Below are positions 1 through 10,801 of a DNA stretch of 64,000 nt, piece by piece (the first letter of the stretch is position 1; each line of letters starts with the position of its first letter). The notes beneath the pieces are model-generated. The model made no database searches. It was not told where the DNA came from and worked only from the letters and a program-made list of their open reading frames with translations. Location of the stretch: NCBI GenBank assembly GCA_964035545.1, contig OZ037768.1:5364741-5428740 (forward strand). The letters run 5' to 3'. The DNA is from Bugula neritina (taxonomy: Eukaryota > Animalia > Bryozoa). Position numbers and translations under genes: made by a program.

Positions 1-579
1 ATCGGACTAGAGAATAAAAAAATAGTTTTCCATTGAATAGAATTTAAATTTTTTATTCACTCACCAGTCATCACTATTAGTTTTTATTGACAAAATTGCG
101 TAAAAGATTACTTTATTGCATAGCCAGAATCTTCAAGTCTTTGTTCAATTTATCAAATACGGCAACCACTGTATTCTAATTCTCACCAGTACCACAGACT
201 CAGGCTGGCTAGTCATTACGGTTACCAGTACCAGGCCTGTTTTATGTCTAACTTTAAGTTTTGGATCCACCGCAAATTGATTTTAAATATATATTTAGTT
301 TTACTGACTACAAATGCATATATCATACATGTAACCCATTATTGAAAATATGGCACACCCCTTTCTACCCGACCGGGTTAGGATGGCTTAGTGTAACGAA
401 TAATTCGACAGGTGCCGAGTTCAGCAGATTGAGATTGAATGAAAACTTGAAGATTCAACTCGACTAAAGCTTATATTTCAACTCTAACTCAGACACTAAC
501 TCTATTTCTAAGGCTTAAGTTTGCATTCATCATTTAATGTTCACAGCTCCTGTTGGTATAATGATTAAACTTGGATTTC

Positions 580-965
580 TAGTAGTATTACGACTAACAC
601 ATCTAATACTAATATTAATTATTAATAGTAATACTGTAATAGTAATAGTAATACTAACAGTAATTATGGTAATTCCCTAAATCAAAATGTAGTCCTAATA
701 CTTATTAATAGTAATGCTTATAATAATAGTACTAGTATTAGTAATTTACTAGCAATACTAATACTTATATTGATAGTATTACTATTAGTTGTAGTATACT
801 GTATAAATATAACTATAAGTTAAACTTAAAGTATTGCTATTAGTATTAGTATCATTGTTATAACAATTCTAATTTAGTAATACTAATAGCAATAATTTAC
901 TACTAGTTACTGCTTAATAGAAATGCAAATACCAATAGTAATAGTAATACTAATAGTAATAATTT
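580..965. repeat. Degenerate AT-rich trinucleotide-like low-complexity repeat (TAA/TAG/TAC)
   Basis: Recurrent agtaatactaatagt-type units upstream of DNAJC10. Confidence 0.7.
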
Positions 966-1311
966 ACATTCTTCAGTAATTGCCGTTTGATGATGTTATA
1001 ATGTTTTAGTCACTCTTTTTAGAAGTTTGCTTACTATTGTAAAATAACTGTTGCAATTATAAAATATAAACAAAATCAAAACACATTTCATATATTTTCA
1101 TCAGCTGCTGAAGCATAGTTAATGTAATTCAATTAGAATTTTATGCATTAGTTGAAAAATAAATTATCATGTTAAAATTATTTACTAGCACTCAATGTGT
1201 GTTCTACACCCAAGTATATCTTCCTACACTCAATAAGCTAATAAGCTATGACTATATCTATTGTAGTGTCAACAGAGCCATTATTTATTCAACATTTTGA
1301 GTTCCTACAGT

Positions 1312-4300
1312 ATGGTGCAATGCATCGCTGTCTTGATGGTGCTGTTATCTGCATTAACTTTACACGAAGTCACATCAGAAACTAACTTCTATGATCTCTT
1401 GAATATTAAAAAAGATGCTGATAACCGAGAGATCAGAAAAGCATTCAAACAACTTGCATTGAAAATGCATCCAGATAAAAATCCGGTAAGCTATGATTTA
1501 ATAATTACTTGTGGCGGCGCCATATAAATTCTATTACCTGTTATCTATTTTAGTTTAATGACGAAAAAATCTGTAAACACTGTTGAGTTTTGCTAGTATT
1601 TAGCACTTAGAAAGCCCTGAATTTACTGAATTTATCAAAATTCACCTATGTGCATTGTAAAATTTGTTTTACATCTTATAGTGGCCAAGAAAATTATTAT
1701 ATAATATGCATCATTTATACTATCTTTGAGCATTTATTCCATAGAATATATGTTTTTCCAGTTTTAGTATTTTCTTCTTGATGGAGTAAAATTCATGTTT
1801 TTATGATACAAAATACTAAGCATTAGAAGACCTTTAATAGGCTTCGGCAGGTTATAATTTTTTATCGACTTGAGTTTTGCATGATATGATTGTTTAACAA
1901 GGTTTTGAAACCGTGTTTTACTGTCAGCAGCATTATTTCTTTGCAATATGAAAATATGTTGTTACTTAATACTCATTTTCTAATGACTTCTGTTCAAATT
2001 GGGGTGTCTGTTTTAGGATGATCCTGGTGCTCATGAAAGGTTTCTCAAACTCAACAGAGCTTATGAAGTTCTGAAAGATGAAGATCTCAGGAAGAAGTAC
2101 GATGAGTTCGGTGAAGAAGGTCTGAAAGATGACTTTAGAGGAGGCAGCAAGTATGAGAGCTGGAAGTTCTACCAACAAAACTTTGGTGAGAAAGTGATCC
2201 TTAAACAAGTAGGAACGCAAGTTCACAATGTTTGTTGAAATTTCTGTAGAATCTGTTTCTGTATGTTGCAATAATTCTTGACTTGTTGTAGGGATTTATG
2301 ACGATGACCAGGAAATTATAACACTTGGCAAAAGTGACTTTGGTGAGTTGTGTATATTTGATTCGAGAAAGCTGTGTATCACGTTTAATTTAACTTCTGC
2401 ATATATAATTTTGCCAGTAACCTAGGTAGCCATGTCTATTGTTGCTTATTTCAGAGCAGTCTGTTGCTAACACTAAAGACATCTGGTTTATAAACTTCTA
2501 CTCCGCACACTGTGGCCACTGCCATGAGTTAGCTCCCACGGTGAGTAGATATCTACCAGTACTAAAGTGACATCCTGTTGCAACCTTTCCATATGCTTTG
2601 TACTCAACTATTCACACTGGTGTAAGATGTCAATTATATCTATTACAGTGGAGAGAAGTTGCTATACAGCTGGAGGGTGTTGTTAGAATAGGGGCAGTCA
2701 ACTGTGAAGATGATTGGATGTTGTGCAGACAGCAAGGAATTAGGAGTTATCCTTCTTTAGCATTTTACCCTCGTGTATGTATTCTGTATAACAAGGTTAC
2801 GTGTGTGTCTGTTGCACTTTCATGTCTTGACTACTATATTAGTTGCCATGGGTTAATGTAACCATTATAGTTAACGGACTGCATCCCTGTGATTACAGGC
2901 TGAGAAGTACCAGGGTGCCCGAACTGTGGACGCTCTGGTGAAAGCTGCTTTGAGGGAGCTGAAAGTGAAAGCCCACGTACTGACTTCCATTGGTTCTGAG
3001 GCTACTGTTGGTGACTCATCCAAGCCTTGGGTCATAACTTACTGCACCGACGACGGCGGGGATTGTCTAGATAAAACAGCATGTCTGAAACTGGCAGCCA
3101 TACTGGTGAGTGGAATGAGCCTTTTGGCTTGAACGGTTAAGCACATTGATATTGAAAGCTTATGATTAGTGAAAACTATTCATAGGTCTGCGTATTAGTG
3201 TCTACTCTTCACTTGGCGACAGCTACAAATGAACCAAACTGGAAAATGTAGTATGACAGGTGAACAGGGAAATTTTCTGCTAAAGTGCAAGCTCTCAGAA
3301 AGAAAGTAAAACGTAATTTTTTACTGGTAGAAAGTGAAACTTGAAATTTTTGCTACAGGAATGCAACAAAAAAACATCAGAAAACAGTAACAAGAAAATT
3401 TTTGTCAGAAACAGAGTGAAGGGAATTTTTGTTTATTGAAAGTGAAAATGAAAATTTAGATTTTTCAAAAGTATCACTTTTTTGCATTTTTAAAATTGAT
3501 AACCTTGCTAGTGTGTGGGCATATGCATAAAATATTTCAAAAAACAGAATAATAAATAATTGCTAGCTTTATTGGAAGCATTATATGGCTACTTGTGCAG
3601 TCTATCATTTCAATACCTTGTAGTTGCATTGCAGTTGTTAGTGCTGTGGGTTTAACAAAACAACCTTCATACTTACTATCAAGCTGAGTAATATATATAT
3701 ATTTATGGTATACGTAACATATAATATTTATCATGAGCTGGCTAGAGTATAACTCCTATAAGCTGTAACTGTACATCAGGACTGCAGCTGAGTGATGTGC
3801 TGTTTTGTCTCTCATTGCTGCTATATCTGTAGGAGGGTCTAGTCAATGTCGGCAGCGTGGACTGCACCAGATACCCATCAATATGTGACAAACACGGAGC
3901 ACTGGCCAGTCAGACTGTATTCTACTCCTCCACTCCTATAGATGAGAGCGCAAAGTCACACGGCACTGTCATACATAGCCTCAGTCCCAAGGAAATAGCC
4001 AGTAAAGTGCTACACAAGCTTCCAGAAGACACTCTACTTGATGCTGATAGTTTTAATGTGAGTTTTTGGACTATGTGATGTACTCATGAGTCTTAGAAGG
4101 TTCTGCTTTGTTCGTATACTTCAGTTCTTAGAGGTGTTCTGCAACTATCTATAGGTGGAGAGGGAGAGGCTGAGAAAGAGACAGGGTCTTCCTTGGTTGA
4201 TACACTTCGTCAACAATCAGGAGTCTACGCAAATAGAACTGAAGAAGTTGCCGGCCATGTTGTCCGGCACCATCAATGTATGTGCCCCGTCATTATACTC

Positions 4301-7300
4301 TATATTGTAGTTATTGTGAGAAAAATCTTAAAATATAAACAAAACAATTCCAGTATAATTATTTATCAAAACTTGAGATTTCATATGTCTTGTCTTATAT
4401 ACAAATTCATAGCTATAATAATTGGCTTAATGTTACTCCCAATGCATCCTGTAACGATGCATTCGTTCATGCAGTGGATAGGTGCAGATGGTATGATTTT
4501 ATGCAGATAGTTTCCTCTGTGTATAAATCATGTCGACATCCATTCAATGTTAACTATCAATATTATGGAATGTTTTTCAAGGTAGGAAAGATTGACTGTC
4601 AGGCAAGTGAGTCCATCTGCAATGAAATACAAGTTCACAAGTTCCCAACATTCGCCATATTCAAACATGGAGGGGGCTATGAGATACACTATGGTAAGTA
4701 TGCTGCTACCCATCCACTGTACCAGCTCTCTGCATATAAATATGTAATACAGCATTATGTCTAAACATATTACTTAATTGTATGGCTTGTAACATGTATT
4801 AATTGCCTAGGTTGTATTTTATACTATATACTCTCTCTACTGTATGATATTTATACTATAAACTATAAACTCTTTACAATTTAATACTATATACTCGTTA
4901 TACTACATACTCCTTATACTATATACTCTTTATACTATATACTCTTTATACTATATACTCCTTATACTATATACTCTTTATACTATACACTCTTTATACT
5001 ATATACTCCTTATACTATATACTCTTTATACTATATACTCTTTATGCTGTATACTCTTTATACTATATACTCTTTGTACTACATAAGCCTTATACTATAT
5101 ACTCTCTACACCATATAACACAACACAACTTGCGTGTGCACAGGCAGAGTAAGTGCTCACGATGTCGCTGCCTTCGCCAGAGATTGCAGTCAGACAAGAG
5201 TGAAAGTTCTTGGACCAGCAGATTTTCCTGACCCGGTTCAACTCGGCCAGCAGCTCTGGTTTGTTGACTTCTTTGCTCCTGTGAGTATCCTGTATATGCA
5301 CATCTTATCTCTAAGTCTTTCAATCAAAAACATCTATGAGAAATAATTTTTATTGTTGTTTTATTAATGATAATTCCTAAACAAACTAAAGCTTAGAAAT
5401 ATATTTGTAGCCTTACACCTGAAAACTTTGTTTTGTTTAAGAATCATCATTAATGTTAGAACTCAATGACTTCTGTGAGATGTGACGCACATCAATTATG
5501 CATTAGATGGTAGCAGTATTGAATATATTTTAGTGGTGCCCACCATGCATGCGCCTTCTACCAGAGTTCAGGAAAGCTTCTAAACTCTTTACTGCTGGTA
5601 CAGAAGTACGATTTGGCACAGTGGACTGCACTACTCATGGGAACCTGTGTGACCAGGTTGGCTCATCTATGGTTTCTAGTACATTATGTATATTGTAGAT
5701 GTGCATGTGCTGATATGCGTGTGTTGATGTGCATCGCTAATTTAGTCATTTTTGTTTGAAATCATAATTATTCTATTTTGTATTAGATGGGAATTAGGAG
5801 TTACCCCACCACTATTCTTTACAATAGCTCCATCACTCACAAGTTCCAAGGCAGCCATGACGCAGTCTCTATCATGGAGTTTGTTCAGGTGAGTGTTTAT
5901 TCATCAGCTCATTTCATCACTGCTATAGTGCCATGTGCACTCCGCTATAGTGACATGCGCACACTGCTATAGTGCCACTCATACACTGCTATAGTGCCAC
6001 TCATACACTGCTAAAGTGCCATGCGTACACTGCTATAGTGCCATGCGTACACTGCTATAGTGCCATGCGTACACTGCTATAGTGCCATGCGTACACTGCT
6101 ATAGTGCCACTCATACACTGCTAAAGTGCCATGCGTACACTGCTATAGTGCCATGCGTACACTGCTATAGTGCCACTCATACACTGCTAAAGTGCCATGC
6201 GTACACTGCTATAGTGCCATGCGTATACTGCTATAGTGCCACGCCAGCTCCTGTTTTTTCTAACATTTCTATTTTTCGTCCTGTGCTGTAGAATAATTGT
6301 GTATGTTATAATATTAAGGAAAAGGGAGCTTGGATTCTGCACTGACATTGTTTATGTCATGGGTTCAATAATATATTTCCTTGCTAAAGCTTGCCTTTAA
6401 TTTAGTCTTTTGCAGCTATTATAAGATAATTTATTTAAACTGCAGCTTCCTTCAGTGCAAGTTGTAAGCAGCAGACACAGTATGTTAAGCTGGTGTTCTG
6501 ATGATATTTGCCAGGATGTTTTGGATCCCCCGGTTATCGCCCTTACCGATATAGACTTTGAGTTGAAGATTTCTGGCAAATCGAGTAAAGAGTTGTGGTT
6601 TGTGGACTTCTACACTCCTTGGTGTCCACCGTGCATGCAGATGATGTCCGAGTGGCGACGGTTTGCAAAGGTAAACGCATACACTTCCTGTTTGTTAGTC
6701 TTGACACGTGATGTTTGCTGGAATTCAGGTTAACTCTACATGGTTTTGCAGAAGCTGAAAGGCAAGCATAACGTGAACGTGGCAAGTATTGACTGTCAAG
6801 CATATGTGAACACCTGTAGACAGCAGGGAGTGAGTTCGTATCCCACAATGAGGCTGTATCCTGTTGGCTGGGTGGGCACGTCACAGCAGGCGTGAGTTAT
6901 ACAGTCCGTGTGGTCAGTGGTATTGTAAAATACTATAAATATTTTTTAACAAAGGTGAAGTTTTCAGATGCAAGTCTATAATATAATAGAACAACATTAA
7001 ACAAATCTTTCTTACACACTTTATTTTAACAAATTTGATAAAGAAACTTTTGTTAGATAAATATTTCTAGTCAACAACCATTGCTTGTGTATTGACTAAG
7101 AATTGTACTGGTGTCAAGTAATCCGCTAGTAATACTAAAGTCAAGTAGTACTAGAATAAAGTATTATCAGAACTAAGTAGCACTAGAATCAAGTAGTACT
7201 CGAATTAAGTCAAGTTGTACTAAAGTTAAGTTGTACTATATAGTCCGGTATTACTTGAGTCAAGTAGTGCCAGAGTCAGTTGGTACTCAAGTCAAGTAGT

Positions 7301-10300
7301 GCTAAAGTCAAGTAGTATTAGAAGTTGCAACTGAAGTTATATTTTGTAGAGAGTTTCAGGGCTGGTATAGGAATGTGCAGAGTTTCTTAGCCTGGGCACA
7401 AGACTATTTGCCCACAAAAGTTATCTCCTTAGCAAATCACAACTTCAGAAAGAAAGTTCTGTCAAGCAGAGAGCCTTGGATCATTGATTTCTACGCAAAC
7501 TGGTGTGGGCCTTGTCAGCAGTTCGCTTCTGAATATGAGAAAGTTGCGGAGGTCAGGCTATTTGTTGTGTTAGTGGAATTATACTCCTTGCATTGTGTAA
7601 TAGGCAATAGGTATAACATTATATAACAGGTCTATGTCAAAACTAGTACATCTCCATTCTAGTCTGGGTGAGTTGTATTGAAATTGTCTTCTCTTTTTAG
7701 AAAATGGAAGGTGTTGTAAATGTGGGACGTATTGACTGCGCCGTCTATAGTATTTGTAGCCAAGCATACATTCAAGGCTATCCTACTCTCAGGTTCTATA
7801 AGGGTTCTTCCACTCATCAAGATCAGGTACACTAATGCTCATTGATAAGATTGTTTGAGACTGATGTTTATGTATGTGTGTGCGTGTGTGGAAGCCGGTA
7901 CAAGCTGTTATTCTTTTAAGATTTATTAGCATGCCTGATCTGACCACTGGGATTTATCCTCTCTAAAGTTGAATAATTTTACTAGCACTATTATCATTAC
8001 CGATTGCCTAGCTATAAAATTCAGTACTTACTTTAACCAAAGCGTTATTTTATGGGATAGCAAATGTAGCAAAATAGTTGGAAAATAGTATAGTTTCAAT
8101 ATAATATACACTTATACCTTGTCTGATTTTTAAAAAAGTCCTCTCTAAAATAGATAATATACCCTATAGAGAATGAGTCACTGTATAGTACGCACAATCT
8201 CTCCTGTTGATAGCTTGTTGTGCGACTTCCCATAGTTTCTATTCATTATCACTTCATATTCATACATCTCAGTCATTCCCTGCCCGTCTTTGCTCTCACA
8301 TCTTGAGTAAGTAGTCTAACTGATGAAAGTATTAGTCATTCAGTAAAATACAAAACACAAACACGACCTCTCGCGAAGCTATATGCTCTGTAAAAGTTTG
8401 TTTTGCTCAAAAATTTGGAGAATATTGAAAGCTTTAGTGGGATTCATGCCAACAAGTGAAATTTAAAGATTTTCTGAAATAGGGTGAGTGCTTATATAAA
8501 TATTCGCCTCTCTGTCGCTCGTTATTAATCACTTAAGGTGTGGGGGAAGTTATGCTTGCAGTTTTCTTTGAAGAGAGGACAACTCTAGTGCATTGCATGT
8601 GTTTATTATATGATGCACAAAGTTTTGTTTATATATACTTTTAATGCGTATACTATAGTCTTTAGTACTGTTGACATACTGAGTACATCTCTGTCTATCT
8701 CTGAAACACCTTCCTCTGCTTTAAACCTAATCAAGTCTCTCTCTCTTTTTCTCTCCCTCTCTTTATTAGTGCTATTAGTGTAAAAAGATAATTTCTTATA
8801 AGTGTTGTAACATGTAGCTGATATGTTGTTTCAATAGTACTAAGGCTGGCTCTTTGAGCCATGCACTTATTGGCATATTAAAGACTTGAGTGCTTGTAAC
8901 TATGTTTTAGCTAACTTGCAGTCTTTAGCATTGACTGTGTTTTTCAAATGCTTTTCATTTAAACACTTCAGTGGAATGGCTGGTTGTTTCTCAAAGAAAA
9001 ACCCACAGTTATGTTGTAGAAGCCAATTTACCTCTGAATACGTATCTTATTCTCTAGTCTAATGCATTCTAAAATGTTACATACTATTATATTGTTTGAC
9101 AGGATATATTTGGCATAGATATAAGATACACTGGCCATGCACAAGACACTATAGATGACCTTAACTTAAAATTGTCACAATATAAGGTAAGTAGCGTGTT
9201 TTACGTGTAAGTATTTGGAGTTATCACACTATAAGGTAAGTATCTGGAGTTGTCACACTACAAAGTAAGTATCTGGAGTTGTCACACTATAAGGTAAGTA
9301 TCTGGAGTTGTCACACTATAAGTTAAGTATCTGGAGTCAGCAACACTTTGCGTAACAAACCTCCTTGATCACTGGACATGGTATTGATCTTTACTTATCA
9401 ATGTTTACTTGTAGTCATTAGTAATCAGTTGAAGGACTCATTCTGCCCTATATCTTATGGTAATTACTAAAAAATCAAATGATATATACTTTTGACCTCA
9501 ACTTTCACATAATAGAATCTTTTTGAAAACTTTTTGATCTTGATGAAATTATAGGGATTGTCTTAAAATAGATTTTTCTGAAGTTGTTTGAGATGATGTA
9601 TACTTTTGACCATAACTTCCATATAATGAAAGCTTTTAAAAACTTTTTGATGTTGATGTAATTATAGTGATAGTATTTAAATTGATTTTTATGAAGTTGT
9701 TTGAGATGATCAGATACTATCTTTAACCATACTCTCTTTTGCTTCACATTTTCTTGTGCATCAGCTTAAAGGTTTTCTGTCATCCAACACTTGTCTTGTG
9801 TAATTAGAACATTTGAGATTTAGTAGTTCAAACCAACATAATGTTTTACACTGTGTAAGTAGATACAGTAGATGCAAACAAACAAGAATATTCAAAATAG
9901 TTATCATGTAACCTTGCGTAGTATATTCAAATGAAGCCTTTACATTCCTATAACGTGGAACTCATTTTCTAGTATGCATATCTTTATGCAAAGTTGAACC
10001 AGTAAATTTAAAACTTCTAAAGATGCTCGTAAAAAGGGGCTAGGTGACAGGAGACTTGAATTTTTACTACATTAACAAAAATATGTCAATACTTGCACTA
10101 ACCTAAAAGATGGAAAGGAAAGTATTCTAAACCTTTTATTAAAATGTATGGTTCATTGTAAAGTTCTTCAATGGTTTTGATGGAAGCTAGTCACAGCTGT
10201 GGAAAATGTCTATTAACCACATAATTATTAGACAGTAATGTTATCTAATTATACCCAGTGTGAAAGTTGTTTTATTCATGTGTTGCAGATAGCATCAAGA

Positions 10301-10315
10301 AAGGATGAGTTGTGA
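1312..10315 (+). CDS. DNAJC10: DnaJ homolog subfamily C member 10 (ERdj5), ER disulfide reductase/co-chaperone; 18 coding exons, about 789 aa
   Basis: Manually spliced GT-AG exons: 1312-1485, 2017-2185, 2292-2342, 2455-2540, 2649-2774, 2899-3105, 3833-4057, 4155-4277, 4582-4693, 5144-5280, 5534-5656, 5787-5888, 6515-6670, 6752-6891, 7350-7551, 7701-7826, 9103-9186, 10289-10315 (2370 nt, phases consistent). Hydrophobic signal peptide ([15 protein letters not shown]); J domain with HPDKN and [16 protein letters not shown]; thioredoxin sites HCGHC, WCPPC, WCPPC, WCGPC; ends IASRKDEL*. This architecture is diagnostic of ERdj5. Confidence 0.96.
4895..5105. repeat. 17-bp minisatellite (TATACTATATACTCYT[T]) in a DNAJC10 intron
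   Basis: About 12 tandem copies are directly visible. Confidence 0.9.
5918..6241. repeat. Roughly 22-bp minisatellite (CACTGCTATAGTGCCATGCGTA, with a GCCACTCATA variant) in a DNAJC10 intron
   Basis: About 15 tandem copies with two interspersed unit variants; this accounts for the spurious ORF at 6082-6291. Confidence 0.92.
7120..7320. repeat. Degenerate minisatellite of about 17 bp (AGTCAAGTAGTACTAG-like)
   Basis: Recurrent aagtcaagtagt units. Confidence 0.75.
9172..9338 (+). repeat. 29-bp tandem repeat copying the DNAJC10 exon 17 / intron donor junction
   Basis: Unit GTCACACTATAAGGTAAGTATCTGGAGTT. GTAAGT donor motifs occur at 9187 (used), 9207, 9236, 9265 and 9294. Confidence 0.9.
9480..9735. 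repeat. Diverged tandem duplication of about 114 bp (roughly 2.3 copies) in the last DNAJC10 intron
   Basis: The strings aaaactttttgat, gaagttgtttgagatgat and tatacttttgacc each recur about 111-117 bp apart. Confidence 0.75.
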
Positions 10316-10801
10316 CAAGAGAGTGATTGTAGCATGTCCTGCAGACAATCTCACGGTGATCAGAAGTGTTAGCCTAGTCTATTTTCACTTACTATCTATG
10401 TCTACATGTTTTATTATTTCCAGTCTTCTTGTTTTCACACTTTTGTGTTCTGGGAATTTTTAGTTGGTTAGTCAATCGGTTTGGTGCTATAGATTTCTGT
10501 TTATGAGCAAAGAATTTAGGTTAAAAAATCTTCTTTTATTTACTTGGCCAATGAACAATTTATTGTAGCAAATTTAGTATATACTGGTATAAAATAATGT
10601 CACAGTTTTAATTATTATTGTATTGAGTTTTTTTCTGGTTTACTTTACGATTACTGTTCTTCCAATATGTTGATCTCAACATTTTCAATTTACTTACCAT
10701 TTGTTGTATTATTTTAACAGGTATTAATAAATTATTTGCAGCAATTAAAAAGCCTGAATTCTCAAACTTCTCATTAAATGATTGGGTGGTATTCGTGATT
10801 G

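Noticed and set aside
60-240. Possible minus-strand exon (acag...gtgag, LVLVTVMTSQPESVVL)
   Set aside because: Short, no partner exon or recognisable domain in the window; cannot be supported.
261-467. 68-aa ORF upstream of DNAJC10
   Set aside because: TTG start, no recognisable motif and no splice support.
5918-6291. Cys/His-rich repetitive ORF and a CRISPR-like appearance
   Set aside because: A head-to-tail minisatellite with no unique spacers, inside a eukaryotic intron.
8105-8500. Possible MITE in DNAJC10 intron 16
   Set aside because: CpG-richer and repeat-like, but the candidate terminal inverted repeats are too weak to define boundaries.
9505-9747. 80-aa Lys/Ile-rich minus-strand ORF
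   Set aside because: Arises from an AT-rich diverged tandem duplication; no splice or homology support.
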